The translations under genes were made by a program, and so were the position numbers. Source: Anaerolineales bacterium (GTDB taxonomy: Bacteria; Chloroflexota; Anaerolineae; Anaerolineales; UBA11858). From it: 64,000 bases of DNA. Within the stretch, counting starts at the first letter, position 1. Every line of letters starts with the position of its first letter. The stretch lies in contig JADHTJ010000004.1 in assembly GCA_016785015.1 (NCBI GenBank), positions 16,142-80,141 of the forward strand, written 5' to 3'. Below the pieces are notes generated by a model. The model did not search any database. It worked only from the letters and a program-made list of their open reading frames with translations, and was not told where the DNA came from. This document shows positions 27,621 to 36,449 of the stretch, piece by piece.

Positions 27621-28445
27621 TTAGAAAAGTGAATCGTAATCTACTTTAGGAAACACGGTTAGTTGACCCCCAATTGTGGCATCGAGGACATTTCTCCCTG
27701 CGAACTCGAAAGCATTCTTTGCCATCCAGTAGCCTTGTTCAGATGTATCCAAGTCGGGGAGCTGCCAGCGGAAACCTTTGCCGAAGTAACCAGGGTCAAA
27801 ATGATTGGGGTCATCGCCGTCGGATACTACCGTTGTGTTGGGTTTCCCTTTGCTGGCAAAACTATGGTCAACACCAATCAATATGACTTGTTCAAAACCC
27901 ATGTGGAATGCTAATTGTAAACATGCATAAGTTACCGTAGCGCCTTCCCAAAGCCGCCCTGTCGCATCCTGAGCGAATCTCGGCCCAGTGTATGTCGTAA
28001 ATAAGAAATGAGTATTTTCATCAGGCCGGCCCTGAGGATACAATAACTTCTTCGATCTCCAAGAAAAGAATTTGGGAATCTCCAGCTTTTGGAAATCCTG
28101 GTAGCACTGCTCATTGACCAGGTCATTGACCGACACCAAATACGATGTATTAAATCCCCAATCAGGGAAAGCCAGGTAAATCCGATTCATCCCGAATGTA
28201 TATTCATCTTTCAGTTTGGAGACATCCGTGTTCTTCAGGCTGGGGCCATTGCCAATTATGAAACAGCGCTCGCCTCTGTGGACATCCTTGAGAGAAGCTA
28301 GCCGTTGAATACTCTCTCGCCGCCATGGATGCAAAACGGCTGCTGGCCACTGGGCAGCTCGTTGAAGTGCATAGCGCGTATTGCTGATGGGTTCCCACAC
28401 TGAAGCTGGAAACAATTTTTTAATTTTTTTTCGAATATCAGGCAT
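27621..28445 (-). CDS. DUF115 / MptE-like (Maf- and sialyltransferase-like) protein, candidate ulosonic-acid transferase
   Basis: 274 aa. CFIIGNGPSLKNTDVSKLKDEYTFGMNRIY matches the GNGPSL motif shared by Campylobacter Cst-II-type sialyltransferases and DUF115 Maf proteins. The later block FEQVILIGVDHSF is also shared. Confidence 0.5.
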   Translation of the reverse strand: MPDIRKKIKKLFPASVWEPISNTRYALQRAAQWPAAVLHPWRRESIQRLASLKDVHRGERCFIIGNGPSLKNTDVSKLKDEYTFGMNRIYLAFPDWGFNTSYLVSVNDLVNEQCYQDFQKLEIPKFFSWRSKKLLYPQGRPDENTHFLFTTYTGPRFAQDATGRLWEGATVTYACLQLAFHMGFEQVILIGVDHSFASKGKPNTTVVSDGDDPNHFDPGYFGKGFRWQLPDLDTSEQGYWMAKNAFEFAGRNVLDATIGGQLTVFPKVDYDSLF

Positions 28446-28484
28446 GTATTTATCGAATTGATGTTGAAAGTAAAATGTTTAACG

Positions 28485-29258
28485 TTATTCTGTGCTCAAC
28501 CGGGCGGTTGCTCCCCCATCTACGATCATGGCTTGACCTGTCATAAAGGATGATTGGTCGCTATCAGCAAGGAAGTAGATTGATTGAGCAATCTCATCAG
28601 GAGTACCAACTTTTCCACTAACTGTCTTTCGAGCCAGATTTTCCAAACGTTGTTGCACACTGCCAGCTCCAGCATGGTCACGGTTCATCCCTGCCCTCAG
28701 CATTGGGGTATCGACTGCACCAGGCAAAATGGCGTTCACACGAATATTGTCAGGTGCGAATTCAATGGCCATAGCGCGGGTCAACGCTAGCAAGCCGCCT
28801 TTACTGGCAGCGTAGGCGGAAATATCCTTAGAAGTCGCCACTGCATGAACGGAGGAGACATTCACTATCGCACCGCCACCATGATCCTCCAACAACGGAT
28901 AAGCCAGTTTGGCGCTCAAAAATACCGAACGCAAATTCGAAGCCATCACCGCATCCCATTCTTCGACACTAGTTTCCAAGAGCGGTTTGGTAATCTGATA
29001 AGCAGCGTTATTGATCAGCGCATCCAATGTGTCTGTGAAAGCTTGCGCCTTATCGAAAATCGATTCTAAGGCAGATGCATTTGAAATATCAGCTTGAATA
29101 AAAAGACCATTATCAGGGAAAGAGTCTCCATAAGAAGATCTGTCCACTCCAATCACCTGCCAACCTTTCTGGCTGAATAACTCTACAGTGGCGCGTCCAA
29201 TTCCCCCGGCTGCCCCAGTGATGAGCATCGTTCTTTTCAGTTTCTTAGATTTTTCCAT
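28485..29258 (-). CDS. short-chain dehydrogenase/reductase (SDR) family oxidoreductase
   Basis: 257 aa with TGAAGGIGRAT (TGxxxGxG), NNAA, and the catalytic S...YAASKGG (YxxxK). Confidence 0.85.
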   Translation of the reverse strand: MEKSKKLKRTMLITGAAGGIGRATVELFSQKGWQVIGVDRSSYGDSFPDNGLFIQADISNASALESIFDKAQAFTDTLDALINNAAYQITKPLLETSVEEWDAVMASNLRSVFLSAKLAYPLLEDHGGGAIVNVSSVHAVATSKDISAYAASKGGLLALTRAMAIEFAPDNIRVNAILPGAVDTPMLRAGMNRDHAGAGSVQQRLENLARKTVSGKVGTPDEIAQSIYFLADSDQSSFMTGQAMIVDGGATARLSTE

Positions 29259-29261
29259 TTG

Positions 29262-30224
29262 TTATTTTCTCGATTCCAAATCTGTTGAGTCAATCCCCAA
29301 GCCATCTAATAGATTGCGGATGGTATTCCAATGAACTCTCTCCCAAGCCATAGGACTGGAATTTGCATTATGCGGCGCAATCATGACATTATCCATCTGA
29401 CACAGCGGACTCCCTTTTGGGAGGGGTTCTTGTTCGAAAACATCCAGCGCCGCCCCAGCAATTGCCCCAGATTGAAGCGCCTCAACCAGGGCTGATTCAT
29501 CTACAATGGGACCACGGGCTGTGTTGATCACTACCGCCTCTGGTTTCATTGATGAAAGGGTTTCAGTATTAATTAAATGCTTACTCGTTGGGTTGAGATC
29601 GCAATTTACACTAATAAAATCGGCTCTTTGTAGTAGATCGGCAAGAGATGTCATCTCAAGGCGCATCTCGCGCACAAAATCTGGTCTGATATCTATTATG
29701 TCAGTTGCCAGGAGTTCCATGCCGAAAGCACTAGCCCTTCTGATGACCGCCTTACCAATATTGCCAACACCAATCACACCGAGCGTACATTCGCTCAAAG
29801 AACGGCCAGGTATCTTTTGCCACTGCCCAATTTTCATGGCGCGATTCATCCAGGGTTGTTGGCGTGCAAAGGCCAAAATATACCCCATCACGGTATCTGC
29901 CACAGGCAGCGTAAAAGCGTTCGGGGTGTTGCCAATCTTGATCCCTAATCGGTCGCTTGCATCTTGGTCAATTGAATCAATCCCCGTGCCCCATTTGGAT
30001 ATCACTTTCAAGCGCGGAGCACAGGCTTCCAGCACCTTCGCTGTATAATGATCATCTCCACAAATGGTGCCATCGAATTTGCCCGCAAATGTGAGTAATT
30101 CTTCGGCTTTGAGACGTTCTTCAACTTCAGGAACAATCAAATCCATCCCATGTGCTTCCAATACCGGGCGGAAGCGATCAAGAAATGGGATCATGTATGG
30201 TGCAGTGAATAAAATTTTAGGCAT
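29262..30224 (-). CDS. D-isomer-specific 2-hydroxyacid dehydrogenase family protein (phosphoglycerate-dehydrogenase-like)
   Basis: 320 aa with NAD site LGVIGVGNIGKAV, INTARGPIVDESALVEAL, and AGAALDVFEQEPLP...IAPHNA. Confidence 0.8.
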   Translation of the reverse strand: MPKILFTAPYMIPFLDRFRPVLEAHGMDLIVPEVEERLKAEELLTFAGKFDGTICGDDHYTAKVLEACAPRLKVISKWGTGIDSIDQDASDRLGIKIGNTPNAFTLPVADTVMGYILAFARQQPWMNRAMKIGQWQKIPGRSLSECTLGVIGVGNIGKAVIRRASAFGMELLATDIIDIRPDFVREMRLEMTSLADLLQRADFISVNCDLNPTSKHLINTETLSSMKPEAVVINTARGPIVDESALVEALQSGAIAGAALDVFEQEPLPKGSPLCQMDNVMIAPHNANSSPMAWERVHWNTIRNLLDGLGIDSTDLESRK

Positions 30225-30227
30225 TGT

Positions 30228-30899
30228 TTACTGGTTTGTTCTGCGGCTCATCAAAAAATCTACGATCGCGAAATCTAACTCTTCATCGATATCCCAGGCC
30301 TCGGCGGCGTCAATTTCAAACATCAGCGGCCGTTTGCCAAGACGATTTCGACGGGTTAATAAGGTATCTTTGGTGAAGATATAAATGCAGGAGTTTTCCT
30401 CGTAAGTTGGGGGCAAATCTTGCGTTTGGAGTAAATATGCCGGATTGTGATTGATCGCTCGGCCAAGTTGATCCCAGAGTCGCGTTTTTAGGCCGGTCAC
30501 AGAAAATAGGGAATCATGGGCCGGATATTTCTCAAGAAAAATTTGAATCGCTCTTGAAATCGTCTCGGCGCGCAAAAGCGGATTCGTGCTGTGAGTTTGT
30601 AAATAGAAATCGGCTTCGACTTGGGATGCATCATATGCCAAAACTTCATTCATTGGCACTTCATCGGGGCATAAATACTCTGGACGTTCCAGGACACGAA
30701 CATCAGGGAAATTTTTTGTCAAACCGTCCTTGATTTCAGAACTATCTGTATTGACAACTACTTCACTGATTTGGGGAACGTCAAGCAATCTCCCGATGAT
30801 GTAATGATAGAGCGGCTTTCCATCTAAAAAACGATAATTCTTTCCTGGAACCCGCTGCGAACAATGCCGCATAGGAACAAGAGCAACGATCTTCGTCAT
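30228..30899 (-). CDS. acylneuraminate-type cytidylyltransferase family protein (CMP-sugar synthetase-like)
   Basis: 223 aa. The N-terminal IVALVPMRHCSQRVPGKNYRFLDGKPL is a variant of the PARxxSxRxPxKN cytidylyltransferase motif. Substrate unknown. Confidence 0.65.
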   Translation of the reverse strand: MTKIVALVPMRHCSQRVPGKNYRFLDGKPLYHYIIGRLLDVPQISEVVVNTDSSEIKDGLTKNFPDVRVLERPEYLCPDEVPMNEVLAYDASQVEADFYLQTHSTNPLLRAETISRAIQIFLEKYPAHDSLFSVTGLKTRLWDQLGRAINHNPAYLLQTQDLPPTYEENSCIYIFTKDTLLTRRNRLGKRPLMFEIDAAEAWDIDEELDFAIVDFLMSRRTNQ

Positions 30900-30914
30900 A
30901 GCCAGATTATAAAC

Positions 30915-31886
30915 CTACTCTTCAACATCTCCATATTTAATTGGTTCGATTTTGCGTGGGGCAGGCGTTTTTTCTGAAAGAATCCCTGGGGGATAATAAA
31001 ATGCCCGATGAAGCTGCGCATCAATTTTTCCAGAGTACCGATACCCCTGATATGTACCCAGATATTGCAAAAACCGGAACCAAAAAATACTAGTCCAATG
31101 CTGTCCTAGTACATTTTCTCGTCGCGCTTGCAACAGATCAGAGTAAGTCATACTCAACCACAAGCGCAAAAAATTCCATAATGAAAAATCGCTCTCGGGA
31201 AGAATTTGCTTCATTGCAATGGCTTCGCGTCGATAGCGGTTATGAACTTGGGCGGGTGTTTCATCGTGAACATGCACAATTTCCGCCTCAGCCACATACG
31301 AAATGTCAAATCCTTCACCCATGGCCCAACTGCTCCAGGCCAAATCTTCTAGGCCAGTAACATGTTCATTGTAGGGATGTTTCTCCCATAGATCGCGACG
31401 AACTGCCGCGTTGGCGTTGTGGGAATAAGCGTGCCCTTGACGAGGCTGCGAGGTATCCGGAAAATATTGACGGAAAAACTGGTGCTCAGAATATTGATTG
31501 GTATCGGCGCCACGTTGCTTGCCGTAACTTACAGCCACCTGTTCATCAGCCAATGGATTCAGTAGCTGCTCTAGCCAATCGGGGTAAACGGGATAACAAT
31601 GCGCACTGATGATGACGATATACTTTCCCCCTGCCGCTTCGATGCCCCAATTCAAGGAACGCCCAAAAGTGAATTCTTCAGGCTGAATATTTACTATTTT
31701 TACTGGATAGCGAGAAGCAATCGCGACGGTTTCGTCGGTAGAACCAGAATCTACTAAAACGATTTCTACATCTTCGATAGTCTGCTGGGTGATACCTTCC
31801 AGCAAGCGGCCGATATGTTCAGCTTCGTTATACGCCCGGATCACCACCGAGCACAGTGGACGTTCACCAGTCATTTGTTCTTTCAT
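30915..31886 (-). CDS. glycosyltransferase family 2 (GT-A fold)
   Basis: 323 aa with CSVVIRAYNEAEHIGRLLEGITQQTIEDVEIVLVDSGSTDET. The start may be the Met at 31874. Confidence 0.8.
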   Translation of the reverse strand: MKEQMTGERPLCSVVIRAYNEAEHIGRLLEGITQQTIEDVEIVLVDSGSTDETVAIASRYPVKIVNIQPEEFTFGRSLNWGIEAAGGKYIVIISAHCYPVYPDWLEQLLNPLADEQVAVSYGKQRGADTNQYSEHQFFRQYFPDTSQPRQGHAYSHNANAAVRRDLWEKHPYNEHVTGLEDLAWSSWAMGEGFDISYVAEAEIVHVHDETPAQVHNRYRREAIAMKQILPESDFSLWNFLRLWLSMTYSDLLQARRENVLGQHWTSIFWFRFLQYLGTYQGYRYSGKIDAQLHRAFYYPPGILSEKTPAPRKIEPIKYGDVEE

Positions 31887-32715
31887 ATCCCAAACGTACC
31901 AACAAATCTCCAGTCGTCTCTTTGAATATTTTTTTATGTTCCTCGTTGAATGACTCGCACCATTTGCCTATTTTGCCACTTCTAAAGGTGGGGGATTTTT
32001 GGGGATCAATGGCGGACTCCAGTATATTAAGCGCTTCCTGTTCCCCTACTTGGACTGGGAAGCCGCGACCTCGGGCATGATTCAACACCTTGAGCAGAGT
32101 TACCTCTTTTTGGGTGATGAAATCTTCAAATTGCAAAATCAAAACTTCGGGACGTTCGAGCCAACCCAAATAAGGTTCAAGGCGCACGCAAATATCAGGG
32201 AAAGGGATCTCTAGCTCTGGTCTGCCAAGGATACTCGTTCTGAGACGTTCATCAAAATTATTCAATTCATAGCGATAATGCTGATGATGCACATGGTTCG
32301 GTTCCATCTCTGTTACATAATGCACATGAGAGACACAAACGTCACGCGGATCGCGCAGGATGAAAAAAGGCGCAACGCCATCTTGAGTAAAAAGTGAGAC
32401 AACTTCCGGGAGGGCGTGTAAATGGCCATACGCGATATCACCAGGGCGAAAGCGCTTCAAATCTTGAATAATGGCATGCATCGGCCGAGGTTGACCAGTT
32501 GGGCCGTCAAAAGTAACCACAGCAGGTAGGCCGCTATCGACCGCCGGACCAAGCTGAGTCAGCCCTTGTAAAACTTGGGTTAAGAGGTGAGTACCACTCT
32601 TGGGGAACGAATTGGCGAAAAAAATTGGGAATCCACGTAGAGAACCATATTGAGCGATTACTCTCATGCGACGGTATTGCCAGCGAGCTAGCTTGAGCCA
32701 GGTTCGATAACTCAC
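31864..32715 (-). CDS. sulfotransferase (PAPS-dependent)
   Basis: 283 aa with the 5'-PSB motif FPKSGTHLLTQVL and the 3'-PB motif ILRDPRDVCVSHV. Its ATG overlaps the upstream stop (ATGA). Confidence 0.8.
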   Translation of the reverse strand: MSYRTWLKLARWQYRRMRVIAQYGSLRGFPIFFANSFPKSGTHLLTQVLQGLTQLGPAVDSGLPAVVTFDGPTGQPRPMHAIIQDLKRFRPGDIAYGHLHALPEVVSLFTQDGVAPFFILRDPRDVCVSHVHYVTEMEPNHVHHQHYRYELNNFDERLRTSILGRPELEIPFPDICVRLEPYLGWLERPEVLILQFEDFITQKEVTLLKVLNHARGRGFPVQVGEQEALNILESAIDPQKSPTFRSGKIGKWCESFNEEHKKIFKETTGDLLVRLGYERTNDW

Positions 32716-34334
32716 TCAGCCTCCGGCAAATAAAAAGGCTTTTCGTGAACAATTCCATCCATGAGCACTTTCATAGTAGGAGAACGTTCAACAGTCAGAT
32801 CTTTCCAGGAAACAGGTTTGAGTTGGACATACCCGGGTGTGGGATGAGTTTCAAGGAATTCGCCGAATGGCAAAGATACCCGATAAAGCTGATAATACAA
32901 GAATCGCCTGGCATTGTATTTAAATTCATCAGGAACACGGAGTTCGTCTGCAGCCAAAAATTCTTCGGCAAGCTTGCGGTATTCCCTTTGAGTTTGAGGA
33001 AAGTGCACGATGGGATATTGCGTGAAACGGGCTTTCCCACCACACAAAACAGGAGTATCCAACAATGTTGCTTCCAACCCAATGGACGAGTTATACACCA
33101 TGACAAATTTCGCTCGTCGAATCAGGTCGTAAGAACTGAAATATTCACCCGAATCGATGAAGATCACATTAGGTTGTTGATCAACATCATTTTTACTCAC
33201 CCAATCGCTGACACTCTCGCGGCTTTGTTTGCGAGTTCCTGGACGCTTCTCGTCAGGATGAGCACGGATAACGAACAGCGTATCAGGATGCGTCTTGATA
33301 ATCTCGAGCACCAAAGCCAACCAGGCAAACATTTGAGGGAAAACGGTATTGGCGTGAACCTGACTGGTATCGAAAACAACATTGGTATAAACTGGCACAA
33401 TTTGCTCAAACTGCGCAGAGAATTTTAAAAACTCTTCATCTAAAGCGCTCATCTCAGGCCAAAAGCAGATCCCAGCCATGGTGAATTCGCCCTTGAAGCG
33501 CCGGCTGAGATACGCATCCAAGCGAGCGTTTTGAGAGGGAGATAATTCGAAGTCTTCGGGAATATCAATGGGGTATGCTGTAGCATCACCCTCTGAGAAA
33601 AATGCTGAGAAAGGCTGAAAGCTGACTTCATGGGTGATCGAACGGATGCCATGCTGGCGCGCCACCCAACGCGCCGTGGCCTCAGGGAATTGAAGACCAT
33701 TGAAAAGGACAACAGTTGCTGGTTGCACTTCTGTTAAAAATGCGTCGAACACTTCAACAATTCGAAAAGCCGAAAGAATGTACTCACGAAGTTGATACAG
33801 AGTTGCTTCGTCATCATCGAGATGATGCTTGCGCAATGCCCAACGGAGTGAGGGGAGAACAAGTTTGCCGAGGGGGATTGTGAATTGTGAATGGGGAGTT
33901 GTGAACTGATAATCGCTGAGTTCTTTCAGGTTTAGAGTTTCAATTTCCCTGGCGAGTTCTTTATTTGGCTCGTACTCAAACCAATGGGTACGTGTTGAAG
34001 CCAAAAATTTCTTGGACTGCGTGATACACGCATCACAGGGGGGAGAAACGGTGTGGTCATCGGGATTTGTCCCCAGTACACAACGGCTCATCCCTGCGCG
34101 GCAGGCAAAGTGAACAATCGGTACACCTTCGAGTTGCAATCCCCAAGAAGTCAATTGTGTAAATGCCGCGTTGAGACTCACTCCCCCTAACCGTGAAGAT
34201 GTATTGAAAAATACGACGGGTTTTTGATTGGTGCTTGGTTTGGAATTGGAAACAACCTGGCGTGAAATGCGCGATATGAGCAGATCTGTTCTCTTACGCA
34301 GCCAGACATTTCGAAAGCGTTGTGGAATTTTCAA
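32712..34334 (-). CDS. capsule-biosynthesis (KpsC/KpsS, Capsule_synth-like) glycosyltransferase candidate
   Basis: 540 aa. It has an N-terminal Cys cluster (CRAGMSRCVLG...PPCDACI). The C-terminal half has FVIRAHPDE (RxHP) followed ~60 aa later by VMVYNSSIGLEATLLDTPVLCGGKARF, a pattern I associate with KpsS/KpsC-type Kdo transferases. Weak, motif-level call. Confidence 0.4.
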   Translation of the reverse strand: MKIPQRFRNVWLRKRTDLLISRISRQVVSNSKPSTNQKPVVFFNTSSRLGGVSLNAAFTQLTSWGLQLEGVPIVHFACRAGMSRCVLGTNPDDHTVSPPCDACITQSKKFLASTRTHWFEYEPNKELAREIETLNLKELSDYQFTTPHSQFTIPLGKLVLPSLRWALRKHHLDDDEATLYQLREYILSAFRIVEVFDAFLTEVQPATVVLFNGLQFPEATARWVARQHGIRSITHEVSFQPFSAFFSEGDATAYPIDIPEDFELSPSQNARLDAYLSRRFKGEFTMAGICFWPEMSALDEEFLKFSAQFEQIVPVYTNVVFDTSQVHANTVFPQMFAWLALVLEIIKTHPDTLFVIRAHPDEKRPGTRKQSRESVSDWVSKNDVDQQPNVIFIDSGEYFSSYDLIRRAKFVMVYNSSIGLEATLLDTPVLCGGKARFTQYPIVHFPQTQREYRKLAEEFLAADELRVPDEFKYNARRFLYYQLYRVSLPFGEFLETHPTPGYVQLKPVSWKDLTVERSPTMKVLMDGIVHEKPFYLPEAE

Positions 34335-34374
34335 TGGAATTTATTTAACCTGATGTGCAAGTTTTCCAAATGAT

Positions 34375-34493
34375 CTGTCATTCTGAGCCCTGTCGCCAAA
34401 GGCGTGCAGAGCAAAGGGCGAAGCATGCCCTGAGCATGTCGAAGGGAATTTCTCCTAGCATAGTTCAGATCCTTCGCTTGCTCAGGATGACAG
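34375..34493. repeat. MITE-like palindromic intergenic repeat, family B copy 2
   Basis: Termini are ctgtcattctgagc ... gctcaggatgacag, in the same plus-strand orientation as copy 1. ORF 34331..34516 is only its translation. Confidence 0.8.
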
Positions 34494-34540
34494 TCAAATG
34501 AAAAATACTCGCACATGGCGTTATTTCGCTACTTGCTCAG

Positions 34541-36430
34541 TCAATCCTTGGCTGTCGCTTCGATATATGCGTCCGATAGCCTGTTAATAGCAACGATGAA
34601 TCCTTCACCGCCGCGCTGATGCCCACGCCATATCTCTGGGATCATTGTGCCGTGATAATCTTTGACAATTTTGAAGAACCTGACCCAATCAATATTGCCT
34701 TGGCCAACCTGCAACCCTTCTCCGTCTATTCCAGCCGCATCAGAAAGGTGCAAATGTGAGATATAAGGCAAAATGACTTCGACTTGCTCATAAAAATCTA
34801 CCTTAGCCCAATTGCAATACAGCTTATGGTGCGATGTATCATAGCAAGTCATCATGCCCATCGAATCAAGGAATTCCTTGATCTCATGAGTATCCATAAA
34901 AGCATTGGTCAACCACTGACCACCGAAATACCAGGGGTGAGGCGGCAAGTTTTCGATTAACACTTCTACGCCATCGCAGTCAAGTTCTTCTACGGAACGC
35001 TTAAGATTATCGTACAATCCTTGACGGTCCGTTATTGGGTTGTCAATGCTGGCCGCTCCAGGATGTACGACTACTTTCGGGGTACCCACAAAATGCGGGG
35101 CCATATCTCGAGTGACATTGATGGCCCTTTGCAGGATATTCACGGAAGCCCTGCGATGGTCATCATCAAAGGTGCATAAATCCACCAAATGGTTCGTCCA
35201 AAATTCAGGTGCATGGATAACTAATTGAACATCTAGATCATCCCCAGGGTAAGGTTCATCCAGGTCTTTATCTGTAAAATGGAATTCCAACAGAGGTGGA
35301 TCATACTTGAGCATATTTCTAAAATCATTGAAACGTACAACGAAGCCCCACTCCATAGGCAGGGTATGCTCCATATCGAGCGTCACCCGGCGACCGATAT
35401 CAACGGGCAAATATGGCTCGTCAGCTTCAATGTCTCGCACAGATACTCGGCCAATCAAATCAGTATAACGCTGCGGAGATAGCCCCTGGCCAGGACCCTT
35501 TACCGTCACCATTTCACGAGTAATCTCTTCCCCGGGCTTAATATGCCGTGTTGCCACCAAACTCTTGGCCAGAACTTCACGGTTGAGTATCTCGCCCATA
35601 GTAAAGAATTTCTCTTCACTAGTACCCATAGCAATTGATATCTGCCGGATATCTCGCACCATTTTCTTGAACCCATGGGGTTCGAGGCTCGAGGCATGAT
35701 CAGGCCCATCCATGGTGCGGTCGAGTGTAATATGGCGTTCAATAATACTGGCACCCAATGCGGCAGCCACTGTTGATACCGAGATCCCGCGTTCATGCCC
35801 TGAATATCCGACCGGTACACCATAGTCACGTAGGCGATCCATAAAACGCAAATTGATATCACCGAATGCCGCCGGATAGGCACTGTTACAATGCAATAGC
35901 GCGAATTCCGCATCGCGTTCCTTGAGAAACGCGACTGTCGTTTCAACTTCTTCCATGCGAGACATGCCCGTTGATACGATCAGCGGTTTGCCTTTGTCGA
36001 TGAGATAATCGATTAAGGGCAAATTGATCATATCTGCTGAGGCAACTTTGAATGCGGGCACCCCCAAAGATTCGATAAAATCGGCGCTATCCTGATCAAA
36101 GGCTGAACACATGAAGGTCACGCCCTTTTCACGGCAATAGTCAACGATTTTGTGATAGTCAGCATCCGAGAGTTCGACTTGCTGCAAAATGGGCAGCAAA
36201 TAATTTAAGTTCTTCTCACCGACATTGGCGTTATCGAGGTATTTTTTGGGGTACAGCTTTTCAAGATTGCGTTTCTGAAATTTAACTGCGTCTACTCCTG
36301 CATCAATTGAAGCATCTATCAATTCGAAAGCGTATTCCAAAATCCCATTATGGTTGACGCCAATTTCAGCAATGATATAAGCCGGATGTCCATCACCAAC
36401 AAGCTGGTCACCAATTTTTATCTCAGGCAT
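34541..36430 (-). CDS. NeuB-family (N-acylneuraminate/ulosonate) synthase with SAF domain fused to a xylose-isomerase-like TIM-barrel (AP_endonuc_2-type) domain
   Basis: 629 aa. The NeuB N-terminus is AYIIAEIGVNHNGILEYAFELIDASIDAGVDAVKFQK, plus LHCNSAYPA and SGHERG. The SAF-like segment is SLVATRHIKPGEEITREMVTVKGPGQG. The C-terminal ~265 aa (LEFHFTDKDL...VVHPGA...ENLPPH...SHLHLSDA) looks like a sugar-phosphate isomerase/epimerase TIM barrel. Confidence 0.7.
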   Translation of the reverse strand: MPEIKIGDQLVGDGHPAYIIAEIGVNHNGILEYAFELIDASIDAGVDAVKFQKRNLEKLYPKKYLDNANVGEKNLNYLLPILQQVELSDADYHKIVDYCREKGVTFMCSAFDQDSADFIESLGVPAFKVASADMINLPLIDYLIDKGKPLIVSTGMSRMEEVETTVAFLKERDAEFALLHCNSAYPAAFGDINLRFMDRLRDYGVPVGYSGHERGISVSTVAAALGASIIERHITLDRTMDGPDHASSLEPHGFKKMVRDIRQISIAMGTSEEKFFTMGEILNREVLAKSLVATRHIKPGEEITREMVTVKGPGQGLSPQRYTDLIGRVSVRDIEADEPYLPVDIGRRVTLDMEHTLPMEWGFVVRFNDFRNMLKYDPPLLEFHFTDKDLDEPYPGDDLDVQLVIHAPEFWTNHLVDLCTFDDDHRRASVNILQRAINVTRDMAPHFVGTPKVVVHPGAASIDNPITDRQGLYDNLKRSVEELDCDGVEVLIENLPPHPWYFGGQWLTNAFMDTHEIKEFLDSMGMMTCYDTSHHKLYCNWAKVDFYEQVEVILPYISHLHLSDAAGIDGEGLQVGQGNIDWVRFFKIVKDYHGTMIPEIWRGHQRGGEGFIVAINRLSDAYIEATAKD

Positions 36431-36449
36431 ATTTTTTCTCCATTACGAT

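Noticed and set aside
28416-28431. T6 and T8 runs (A-runs on the coding strand) in codons 4-10 of the DUF115 gene as a phase-variation tract
   Set aside because: The runs simply encode a Lys-rich N-terminus (RKKIKK). Eight nucleotides is short for efficient slippage, and nothing in a single sequence shows length variation. Similar A8/T8 runs occur at about 44730 and 50140.
32745-33428. Long antisense ORFs inside large minus-strand genes (e.g. 32745..33428 at 227 aa, 29506..30048 at 180 aa, 55493..55963 at 156 aa, 35506..35946, 41410..41796, 7619..7993)
   Set aside because: Each lies completely within a longer ORF that has clear family motifs. The translations are low-complexity or Arg/Ser/Cys-rich and lack motifs or ribosome-binding context. 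These are typical shadow frames.
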